DNA from: Synechococcus sp. A15-24
GTDB lineage: Bacteria; Cyanobacteriota; Cyanobacteriia; PCC-6307; Cyanobiaceae
Length of the DNA: 32,000 nucleotides
Assembly (NCBI RefSeq): GCF_014280195.1
Contig: NZ_CP047960.1
Location: 30,001 to 62,000, forward strand
Direction: 5' to 3'
Under the pieces are notes generated by a model. That model was given only the letters and a program-made list of their open reading frames with translations, was not told the origin of the DNA and did not search any database. Below are positions 15,146-22,260 of this stretch, piece by piece. Numbering within the stretch: the stretch's first letter is position 1; every line of letters starts with the position of its first letter. The position numbers were made by a program, and so were the translations under genes.

Positions 15146-16342
15146 TCAGGAGGCGGTGCCGATGGCTTGTGCCTGGGTCTTGGTCCAGGCAGAGGTGCAG
15201 AGGATGCGGTTGCGGTCGCAGCGGTCGGCGAACTTGGTGGCGATTTCCACCACTTCCTTCAACAGTCCGTCATCAAGAGTGGTGGGATTGAGACCCAGCT
15301 CGATGAAGCAGCGGTTGTCCACGATCAGGTCGTTTTCGACGGCCTCGTTGCGGGGATTGGGCAGGTTGTTCACCTGCGCACCGGTGAGGGCGGCCACCTT
15401 CTTGGCCAGTTCGCCCACCTGGTGGCTTTCCGTCATCTGGTTGAAGATCTTCACCCGTTCGCCCTGGGTAGGGGGATTCTCCAGAGCCAACTGGACGCAC
15501 CGCACCGAATCGCGGATGTGAATGAAGGCGCGGGTCTGGCCGCCGGTGCCATGCACCGTGAGGGGGTAACCGATGGCGGCTTGCATCAGGAAGCGGTTCA
15601 GCACCGTGCCGTAGTCGCCGTCGTAATCGAAGCGGTTGGTCAGGCGTGGGTCGCGATCGGTGGCGTCGGTGTTGGTGCCCCAAACGATGCCCTGATGCAG
15701 ATCTGTGATTCGGACCTTGTCGTTCTTGTTGTAGTAAAGGAAGAGCAGCTGATCCAGCGTCTTGGTCATGTGATATACGCTGCCCGGGCTGGCGGGGTGG
15801 AGGATTTCCTCCTCGAAACGGCTGCCGTCTGGCTGGGGAACTTCCACCTTGAGGTAGCCCTCGGGGATGGTGGCACCGCGGTGGGAGCCGTAGCCATAGA
15901 CACCCATGGTGCCCAGATGCACCACATGGATGTCCTGCCCGCTTTCCACGATGGCGGCCAGCAGGTTGTGGGTGCCGTTGACGTTGTTGTCGACGGTGTA
16001 GCGCTTGGTGGCGCTGCTTTTCATCGAATAGGGCGCGGCCCGCTGTTCGGCGAAATGAACAATCGAATTCGGCTTCTCCTCCAGTAGCAGATCCAGCAGC
16101 CGCTGATATTCGTGGGCGATATCCATATGAACGAAGCGCATCGGCTTGCCGCCGATCTCCTCCCAGGCCTTCAGCCGCTCACCGATGCTGACGATCGGCG
16201 TCAGCGACTCCACCTCCAGATCGATGTCGATCTTGCGGCGGCTGAGGTTGTCCACGATCAGCACGTCATGGCCCTGATCCGCCAGGTTCACCGCACAGGG
16301 CCAGCCGCAGAAGCCGTCACCGCCGAGAACGAGAACTTTCAC
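15146..16342 (-). CDS. sqdB: UDP-sulfoquinovose synthase
   Basis: 'MKVLVLGGDGFCGWPCAVNLADQGHDVLIVDNLSRRKID' is the Rossmann N-terminus typical of SqdB/SQD1. Catalytic YxxxK in 'SVYHMTKTL'. GTG start, with AGGAG (complement of 16349-16353) 6 nt upstream. Confidence 0.93.
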   Translation of the reverse strand: MKVLVLGGDGFCGWPCAVNLADQGHDVLIVDNLSRRKIDIDLEVESLTPIVSIGERLKAWEEIGGKPMRFVHMDIAHEYQRLLDLLLEEKPNSIVHFAEQRAAPYSMKSSATKRYTVDNNVNGTHNLLAAIVESGQDIHVVHLGTMGVYGYGSHRGATIPEGYLKVEVPQPDGSRFEEEILHPASPGSVYHMTKTLDQLLFLYYNKNDKVRITDLHQGIVWGTNTDATDRDPRLTNRFDYDGDYGTVLNRFLMQAAIGYPLTVHGTGGQTRAFIHIRDSVRCVQLALENPPTQGERVKIFNQMTESHQVGELAKKVAALTGAQVNNLPNPRNEAVENDLIVDNRCFIELGLNPTTLDDGLLKEVVEIATKFADRCDRNRILCTSAWTKTQAQAIGTAS

Positions 16343-16356
16343 CCCAAACTCCTGCT

Positions 16357-16379
16357 GGAAAGAGCGGAACGCTCATTCC
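16357..16379 (-). other. Stem-loop between the 57-aa ORF and sqdB
   Basis: GGAAAGAGCG-GAA-CGCTCATTCC gives 4+5 bp around one A:A (U:U on the minus strand) mismatch, with a 3-nt loop. No U-tract follows on the transcribed strand, so it is not a classic intrinsic terminator. Confidence 0.25.
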
Positions 16380-16415
16380 AGGCAAGCTACTACAGGGATT
16401 TTCGTGGACTGCGGT

Positions 16416-16589
16416 TCAGCTGATGGCAACGGTGACTGCCATCAGGCCAGCCACGAGCACAACACCACCGACCGCCATTAGAAGAGAGCTGCGACCGCGG
16501 CTGCGGCTGGTCTCCAGGTCCATCACCTCCATGCGGGGCTCCTTGGCGAAAGCATTGAGGCGTCCGCCGTCTTCCGTGGTGACCTGCAT
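16416..16589 (-). CDS. Small single-pass membrane protein, 57 aa, HLIP-like N-terminus (below the ORF-track threshold)
   Basis: Hand translation gives 'MQVTTEDGGRLNAFAKEPRMEVMDLETSRSRGRSSLLMAVGGVVLVAGLMAVTVAIS*'. The first ATG follows an in-frame stop. 42 of 56 sense codons end in G/C, as in neighbouring genes. The overlapping tracked plus-strand ORF 16423..16695 is R/S/T-rich and looks like antisense junk. Confidence 0.5.
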   Translation of the reverse strand: MQVTTEDGGRLNAFAKEPRMEVMDLETSRSRGRSSLLMAVGGVVLVAGLMAVTVAIS

Positions 16590-16654
16590 GGGACTGATGC
16601 GACTGGACGGACGTTATGGGTCCAATTGCTCATCGACCGTCAATGTGTCGCAGG

Positions 16655-16684
16655 CTTCATGTCACTTCATGTCTCTTCACCGAA
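16655..16684. repeat. Three tandem 10-nt phased direct repeats (candidate transcription-factor site)
   Basis: The plus strand reads CTTCATGTCA / CTTCATGTCT / CTTCACCGAA, abutting the thiG stop codon. On the minus strand it sits 11 nt upstream of a TTGACG -35-like hexamer (complement of 16638-16643). Confidence 0.35.
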
Positions 16685-17509
16685 TCAGCTGCTGACCAGG
16701 CCGGTAGTGGGGGAACTGGCGGAGGCCTCCTCGCGGCGGGGAAGCCGGCCGGCGCTGAAGGCAGTTCGTCCAGCGATCACGGCCTGACCCATGGCCTCGG
16801 CCATGGCTGCAGGGTCTCGGGCTAGCGCGATCGCACTGTTCACCAGCACAGCGTCGGCACCCATCTCCAGGGCCTGAGCCGCTTCGCTGGGCACACCGAT
16901 GCCGGCATCGACAACCACCGGTACTGAGGCGTTTTCGATGATCAAGGCGATGTTGGCGGCATTGTTCAATCCCTGGCCTGAGCCGATTGGTGAACCGAGG
17001 GGCATCACCGTGGCGCAACCGGCGTCCTCGAGGTGCTTTGCCAGCAAGGGATCGGCATTGATGTAGGGCAACACGGTGAAGCCTTCCTTCACCAGTTGCT
17101 CGGCTGCCTGGAGAGTGCCGATCGGATCCGGCAGCAGATGACGGCTGTCGGGGATCACCTCCAGCTTCACAAAGGTGTTGTCCTCCTGACCAGCCAGCTT
17201 CGCGAGTTCACGGCCAAGCCTGGCCACCCGCACGGCCTCCTCGGCGTTGGTGCAGCCTGCGGTGTTGGGCAACATCCAGATGCGTGTCCAGTCGATGGCT
17301 TCCATCAATCCAGCGTGGCCGGCCGCTTCGGCCTGCACACGGCGAACCGCCACGGTGACCATCTCGCAGGCAGACCGCTCGATGCTCTGTTGCATCAGCT
17401 CCATGGAGGGGTACTTCCCGGTTCCGGTGAACAGCCGGCTGTGGAAGCGGCGGCCGCCGATGATCAGGTCATCGCCCTGGGCCGGGGAGCTGGGTGGGTT
17501 GGGAACCAT
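16685..17509 (-). CDS. thiG: Thiazole synthase
   Basis: '[11 protein letters not shown]', '[15 protein letters not shown]' and '[14 protein letters not shown]' are ThiG signatures. ATG at 17509 ('MVPNPP..') is preferred over the TTG at 17524. Confidence 0.93.
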   Translation of the reverse strand: MVPNPPSSPAQGDDLIIGGRRFHSRLFTGTGKYPSMELMQQSIERSACEMVTVAVRRVQAEAAGHAGLMEAIDWTRIWMLPNTAGCTNAEEAVRVARLGRELAKLAGQEDNTFVKLEVIPDSRHLLPDPIGTLQAAEQLVKEGFTVLPYINADPLLAKHLEDAGCATVMPLGSPIGSGQGLNNAANIALIIENASVPVVVDAGIGVPSEAAQALEMGADAVLVNSAIALARDPAAMAEAMGQAVIAGRTAFSAGRLPRREEASASSPTTGLVSS

Positions 17510-17560
17510 GACGCGTCTGAGCAAAAAGGCCTACCTTGACCCCATCATCTCTCGTGCTTC

Positions 17561-18112
17561 ATGCCTGTCCTGCTCGCCATGGATCTTCCGGTCGGCAGTC
17601 AGGTGCCGTTCCAGAGCAACCCTCAGCTGCCGCTGGACCCGATTCAGCTGGCGATCCCCCTGGAGATTGAAGACGGCGAGGTGGAAAACTTTGACCCTGT
17701 GGCAAGGGCCGCTGAGTTGGCATCCAGGCTTCCCCGCACCTGGTGCGGCACGTTCAAGCCCTATAGTGGTAATCCTACCGTTGATGTGACCCTGGAGTTG
17801 ACCGCTGTGACGGCCATGGGTCAGATGGTGGACCTGCGCGGCAGCATGACCATTGGGTCAATGACCACTCCGGTTCAGGGCAATCTCCATGCCAAGTCGG
17901 ACCAACTGGATCTGATACCCCTCGGCGATCCTTTGATTGCTGGTCTCGAGCCCGGCGGTCTGTTTCTTGGTCTTCAGGGGTTCAGTCCCACCGGCTGGCA
18001 GTCACCTCGTTTGATCAATACCGCTGACCCCAGCACCGGTTTTGGTGGCCGCCTCGCTCTCATGAGCAGCTGCCAGGCAGAGACGTCTGTGCCCGTTCAA
18101 CCGCTCTGGTGA
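17561..18112 (+). CDS. Hypothetical protein
   Basis: 183-aa ORF with an ATG start, diverging from thiG across a 51-nt spacer. Codon bias is coding-like. No recognisable motif, signal peptide or TM helix. Confidence 0.55.
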   Translation: MPVLLAMDLPVGSQVPFQSNPQLPLDPIQLAIPLEIEDGEVENFDPVARAAELASRLPRTWCGTFKPYSGNPTVDVTLELTAVTAMGQMVDLRGSMTIGSMTTPVQGNLHAKSDQLDLIPLGDPLIAGLEPGGLFLGLQGFSPTGWQSPRLINTADPSTGFGGRLALMSSCQAETSVPVQPLW

Positions 18113-18134
18113 CGACTGGTTGATCGTTAATCGA

Positions 18135-18650
18135 TCAGACCCGTTTCTCAAGCTTTTTGACGGCCCGCTTCGCCGTCTGGTTCTCGGGTTCGATCTCCAG
18201 GGTGCGCCGGTAGAGCGTCAACGCCTCTTCTGATTTGAGAAGTTTGTCCTGGGCATATCCCAGGTTGTTTAAGGCCACCGGGTAATTCGGCTTGGCCTTG
18301 AGAGCAAGCTTGTAGTGCTTGCTGGCTTCCTCGTAGTTCTTCTGGGCAGCTAAGGCAAAGCCCAGGGCATTTTCGATCACAGCCCGAGCTTCATCGGGTT
18401 CATCACCCAGACGTTTCAACGCCTGTTTCAGCGTGGCTGTGGCCTGGGGATACAGCCGTTTGCGCAACTGCACGGAGCCCAGCTCGTAGAGATCGGCAGC
18501 CTGGCGAGACTTGGCCGTGCCGGATTGTTCCAACTGCTGCAGCCGTGATTCGTCACGACGCACACGCAGCAATTGCCTGCCGACCACCACCGCGGCGATG
18601 GCGAGCAGGCCGACCAGGCCCAGCAGGTAGGTCTGGGGCAGCAGGTTCAC
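18135..18650 (-). CDS. ycf37: TPR-repeat membrane-anchored protein, Ycf37-like (photosystem I assembly/stability factor family)
   Basis: N-terminal TM helix 'YLLGLVGLLAIAAVVVG' followed by three TPR-like units ('YELGSVQLRKRLYPQATATLKQAL', 'ENALGFALAAQKNYEEASKHYKLAL', 'ALNNLGYAQDKLLKSEEALTLYRRTL'). Size and architecture match Ycf37 as I remember it. GTG start 9 nt after the rplT stop. The confidence applies to the CDS call; the Ycf37 assignment is about 0.5. Confidence 0.75.
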   Translation of the reverse strand: MNLLPQTYLLGLVGLLAIAAVVVGRQLLRVRRDESRLQQLEQSGTAKSRQAADLYELGSVQLRKRLYPQATATLKQALKRLGDEPDEARAVIENALGFALAAQKNYEEASKHYKLALKAKPNYPVALNNLGYAQDKLLKSEEALTLYRRTLEIEPENQTAKRAVKKLEKRV

Positions 18651-18659
18651 AGGGGTTGA

Positions 18660-19007
18660 TCAGCCTTTGGCGGTGGCGACCACGTTGCTGAAGCTGCTGG
18701 GATCCACCACAGCCAGCTGAGCCAGCATCTTGCGATTCAGACGAACGTCGGCTTTTTTCAGGCCACCCATCAAACGGCTGTAGCTCACGCCATTGATGCG
18801 TGCTGCGGCATTGATGCGAGCAATCCAGAGGCGACGGAAATCGCGCTTGCGACGACGACGATCGCGGTAGGCGTTGCACAACGCCTTCATCACCCGCTGA
18901 TTGGCGGTGCGGAACTGGGTTCCGTTGCCGCCGCGGAAGCCACGGGCAAGCCGCAGGATCTTGTTGCGGCGCTTACGGGCGACGTTGCCTCTCTTGACGC
19001 GAGCCAT
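18660..19007 (-). CDS. rplT: 50S ribosomal protein L20
   Basis: '[26 protein letters not shown]' is the canonical L20 N-terminus. Confidence 0.97.
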   Translation of the reverse strand: MARVKRGNVARKRRNKILRLARGFRGGNGTQFRTANQRVMKALCNAYRDRRRRKRDFRRLWIARINAAARINGVSYSRLMGGLKKADVRLNRKMLAQLAVVDPSSFSNVVATAKG

Positions 19008-19047
19008 GACGTTGGAAGGGTGGAATCAGATCGGGACGGAAAAAGCT

Positions 19048-19245
19048 TCAGGCGTACGGAAGCATGCGCACCACCCGCAGTTCGTCGGTCTCGTGAACCA
19101 CAGCCTTGGTGGCGAGGTGACGCTTCTGCTTGGGGGTCTTGTGGTCCAGCAGGTGGTTGCGGAACGCACGACGACGCGTGAATTTGCCAGTGCCGGTTGC
19201 CTTGAACCGCTTGGCGGCAGCTTTGCGGGTCTTCAGCTTGGGCAT
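19048..19245 (-). CDS. rpmI: 50S ribosomal protein L35
   Basis: '[31 protein letters not shown]' is canonical L35. Confidence 0.97.
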   Translation of the reverse strand: MPKLKTRKAAAKRFKATGTGKFTRRRAFRNHLLDHKTPKQKRHLATKAVVHETDELRVVRMLPYA

Positions 19246-19303
19246 TGCTCTGCTCGTCCTGGCACAAACAACAAGAATACGTCTTGATGTGCCCCTCTAC
19301 CCA

Positions 19304-20851
19304 ATGATTCGGTTGCTGGCCCTTACAACTTTGTTGTGGGTCGCATCGGGATGCCGCGCCCAGGACAGCCCGCCTCCCCTCGAATCCCAGCGTTCCGCAG
19401 ACGCCCAACAGCCTCTCACCCATCGCGAGGTGGCCGCGCCACCGGCGGTGACGGGGCGACAACCGCTCCTGTGGGTGTCGTTGGGGGCCCATCTGGGCGC
19501 TTGCGTTGATGCGCCACCACTCACGCTGACGGCAGCATCCGGCAGCCTCAGCCTGGAGGACCGTTCCGGACGGCGGTGGTCGGCAGCGTCGGTTCAGATC
19601 AGCTGGCGGTCCGTTCCTTTGGAGCAACCGATGGCGTTGGCCCGTCGGGTGGCGGGTCCATTCGCCAGTTTTGAGTCGGCGGAGCGGGTGGCGCTGCGTT
19701 GGCGGGCGCTTGGGGTGGCCGCTGAAGTGGCCCATCCGGCTGACTGGGAGGTCTGGGCGCCGGCAGGGGCTCTGGCTCCAGAGAATCTGCTGGTGCGGGA
19801 TTGGTCCACCCGATTGGAGTTCACCGTTGAGCCGGTGCTGCAGCTGCCGGAAGGGGGGACGACGCTGAAGGGCCCGTTGCAGATCGATGCGCCAGGGGGA
19901 TTGCGTTGGGGCCAAGGGGTGTTTCAGGGCCCGTTCCGTTTGCAGCGGGATGCCTACGGCAGCTGGACGCTGGTGGAACAGGTGCCCTTGGAGCGTTACC
20001 TCGAGGGAGTGGTGCCCCATGAGATCGGCGCGGGTTCACCGGAGGCGGCACTGCAGGCCCAAACCGTGTTGGCTCGCACCTGGGCCCTGGCTAACAGCCA
20101 TCGTTTCCGAATTGATGGCTATCACCTGTGCAGTGACACCCAGTGCCAGGTGTACAGCGATCCCCGGCAGGCTGGGTCAGCGGTGCGGCAGGCGATCACG
20201 TCAACCCAGGGGCAACTGCTCAGTTGGCAGGGCAAACCGATCAGCGCGGTTTATCACGCCACAAACGGTGGTGTGATGGCAGCGGGGCCTGAGGCCTGGG
20301 CGATGGACGCTCAGCCTTACCTGAAGGCGGAAGCTGATGGTGATGCCGGCTGGCAGCAACGCCATGGGTTGCCGTTGCAGCAGCGCTCTGCGGTGGCCAG
20401 CCTGCTGGCAGAACTTGAGGGGGCCTACGGCAGCGCCCACCCGCATTTCCGCTGGACGCGAACCTTGACGGCAAGCGGGATCCGCCAGGCCCTTGGAGCG
20501 CCTGCTGCCGGATTGAAGGGCCCCTTGCAACTGGACGTTCTGGCGCGGGGCCACAGTGGACGGGTGCTGGCCCTGCAGGTGTCCGGCACGGATGGTGGTG
20601 CGCCGGTGGTGCTGAAGCTCGATCGCATCCGCCGCACCATTCGGCGTCTGCCCAGCACCCTGTTCTTGATCGAACCCCAGGGTGATCAGCGTTGGTTGGT
20701 GCGAGGTGGCGGCTTCGGCCATGGGGCCGGGTTGTCCCAGGCTGGTGCCATTGATCTGGCCTGGCGCGGCTGGTCAACCGAGCGGATCCTGGCCCACTAC
20801 TACCCAGGGACTGTCTACGGCCCGCTGCTTCCGCCGCTGGAGTCCCCTTAG
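19304..20851 (+). CDS. SpoIID/LytB-domain protein (peptidoglycan lytic transglycosylase / amidase enhancer family), probable lipoprotein
   Basis: The ATG at 19304 gives 'MIRLLALTTLLWVASGC' (signal peptide plus lipobox). The tracked 19130 start would overlap rpmI. SpoIID motifs 'QTVLARTWAL', 'LCSDTQCQVY', 'AVYHATNGG' and 'GFGHGAGLSQAGA'. Confidence 0.85.
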   Translation: MIRLLALTTLLWVASGCRAQDSPPPLESQRSADAQQPLTHREVAAPPAVTGRQPLLWVSLGAHLGACVDAPPLTLTAASGSLSLEDRSGRRWSAASVQISWRSVPLEQPMALARRVAGPFASFESAERVALRWRALGVAAEVAHPADWEVWAPAGALAPENLLVRDWSTRLEFTVEPVLQLPEGGTTLKGPLQIDAPGGLRWGQGVFQGPFRLQRDAYGSWTLVEQVPLERYLEGVVPHEIGAGSPEAALQAQTVLARTWALANSHRFRIDGYHLCSDTQCQVYSDPRQAGSAVRQAITSTQGQLLSWQGKPISAVYHATNGGVMAAGPEAWAMDAQPYLKAEADGDAGWQQRHGLPLQQRSAVASLLAELEGAYGSAHPHFRWTRTLTASGIRQALGAPAAGLKGPLQLDVLARGHSGRVLALQVSGTDGGAPVVLKLDRIRRTIRRLPSTLFLIEPQGDQRWLVRGGGFGHGAGLSQAGAIDLAWRGWSTERILAHYYPGTVYGPLLPPLESP

Positions 20852-20875
20852 AGTCCTCCCCACCTGAGTGGTTGC

Positions 20876-22198
20876 ATGGCGTCCACCCCTGGATCTGGTG
20901 ATCACCGCAGGGTGAAGTCGGCAGCCTTCCTGTTCGCCTGTGGCTGTGCCGGTGCGGCACCCCACTGGCTGGATCCGATGCGATCGCTGTGGCCGGCCAT
21001 CAGCCTGGCGATGGTGCTGGGTGGATACGGATTGCGCACCGTGCTGCGCGCTGATCTGAAGCGGGGAGATACGGCTGAGGCGGTTGAGCTCGACCGGGAA
21101 TCATTGCCCAGCCTGGATGTGGTGGTGGCGGCCCGCGATGAAGAGGGTGTGGTCACGCGCCTGGTGGAGCGGTTGACGGCCCTTCGTTACCCCGCTGATC
21201 GCCTCACCACCTGGGTGATTGACGACGGCAGCCTGGATCGCACCCCCCAGTTGCTGGATCAACTGGTGGAACGTCATCCCGGATTGAACGTGATCCACCG
21301 GCCGCGCGATGCCGGCGGTGGCAAATCCGGTGCGTTGAACACAGCGCTGGCGCAGCTGAGCGGCGACTGGTTGCTGGTGCTGGATGCCGATGCCCAGCTG
21401 CAGGAGGATCTGCTGGAGCGGCTGGTGCCCTATGCCCTCGACGGCGGCTGGTCAGCAGTGCAGTTGCGTAAGGCGGTGATTGATGCCGATTGCAACTGGC
21501 TGACGCGGTCGCAGGCGATGGAAATGGCCTTGGATGCGGTGATTCAGACCGGCCGTCTGGCTGATGGCGGCGTTGCGGAGCTGCGTGGTAACGGTCAGTT
21601 GATTCGCCGTTCGCTGCTGGAGGAGAGCGGTGGCTTCAACGAAGACACGGTCACCGATGACCTGGATCTGAGCTTCCGCCTGCTCACCCACGGCGCGCTG
21701 GTGGGCATGCTCTGGGACCCGCCTGTGCAGGAGGAGGCCGTGCCGGGCTTGAAGGCCCTCTTGAAGCAGCGGCAGCGTTGGGCAGAAGGCGGCTTGCAGC
21801 GCTTCTTTGACTACTGGCCAACGCTGATATCAGCGCAGTTGACGTTGCGACAGCGTTGGGATCTGGCCTGCTTCTTCCTGCTCCAGTACTGCCTGCCGGT
21901 GTTGTCGTTTGCCGACCTGAGCACGAGTGTGATCAGCCGCACTGTGCCGACATACTGGCCGTTGTCGTTTGTGGCGTTTGGTGTGTCGGGCCTTGCTTAC
22001 TGGCGCGGTTGTCGTGGACGCAATGAGGGGCCAATGATTCCGCGGCCCGGTGTGTGGCATTTGCTGGTGGCGATGGTGTATCTAAGCCACTGGTTTGTGG
22101 TGATTCCGTGGGTGACGTTGCGGATGGCGTTGCTGCCCAAGCGATTGGTCTGGGCCAAAACCAGCCACGGAGGCGAGCACGTCACGGCTGGCGTCTGA
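20876..22198 (+). CDS. Membrane-bound family-2 glycosyltransferase (processive-type, QxxRW)
   Basis: 'LDVVVAARDEEGVV', 'VIDDGSLDRT', 'LLVLDADAQ' (DxD) and 'LLKQRQRWAEGG' (Q(R/Q)xRW), flanked by N- and C-terminal TM helices. Start is ATG at 20876 or ATG at 20978 ('MRSLWPAISLAMVLG'). Confidence 0.85.
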   Translation: MASTPGSGDHRRVKSAAFLFACGCAGAAPHWLDPMRSLWPAISLAMVLGGYGLRTVLRADLKRGDTAEAVELDRESLPSLDVVVAARDEEGVVTRLVERLTALRYPADRLTTWVIDDGSLDRTPQLLDQLVERHPGLNVIHRPRDAGGGKSGALNTALAQLSGDWLLVLDADAQLQEDLLERLVPYALDGGWSAVQLRKAVIDADCNWLTRSQAMEMALDAVIQTGRLADGGVAELRGNGQLIRRSLLEESGGFNEDTVTDDLDLSFRLLTHGALVGMLWDPPVQEEAVPGLKALLKQRQRWAEGGLQRFFDYWPTLISAQLTLRQRWDLACFFLLQYCLPVLSFADLSTSVISRTVPTYWPLSFVAFGVSGLAYWRGCRGRNEGPMIPRPGVWHLLVAMVYLSHWFVVIPWVTLRMALLPKRLVWAKTSHGGEHVTAGV

Positions 22199-22199
22199 T

Positions 22200-22250
22200 T
22201 GGCACGATATTGCGTCTAAATATGTACTAAATGATAGCGATATCGTGCCA
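22200..22250. terminator. AT-rich inverted repeat in the convergent GT2/dnaX intergenic region (possible bidirectional terminator)
   Basis: T-GGCACGATAT (22200-22210) pairs with ATATCGTGCC-A (22240-22250), giving 11 perfect bp. It can extend inward by G:U, G:C and C:G. Loop about 23-29 nt. It fills most of the 62-nt gap between two convergent stops. No clean U-tract. Confidence 0.4.
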
Positions 22251-22260
22251 GTCGAGGTCT

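Noticed and set aside
14020-15291. Very long ORFs antisense to clear genes. Examples: 423 aa opposite sqdX; 448 aa at 24762..26108 opposite clpX; 379 aa at 30685..31824 opposite rnj; 376 aa at 18890..20020 opposite rplT/rpmI and the SpoIID-like gene; 306 aa at 15167..16087 opposite sqdB; 255 aa at 7555..8322 opposite the aminotransferase; several at 22463..23865 opposite or overlapping dnaX; 214 aa at 3214..3858 opposite SNF2.
   Set aside because: Each lies opposite, or out of frame with, a gene with unmistakable family motifs. Their translations are Arg/Gly/Pro/Ala/His-rich and low-complexity with no recognisable motifs. Stop codons are rare in all frames of DNA at about 60% G+C. This is the expected artefact, not overlapping genes.
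18121-18137. 6-bp palindrome TGATCG-TTAAT-CGATCA at the convergent junction of the 17561 ORF and the ycf37-like gene.
   Set aside because: It is short and AT-poor in flanking U/T, and it overlaps the stop codon. It could help termination, but the evidence is too thin to annotate.
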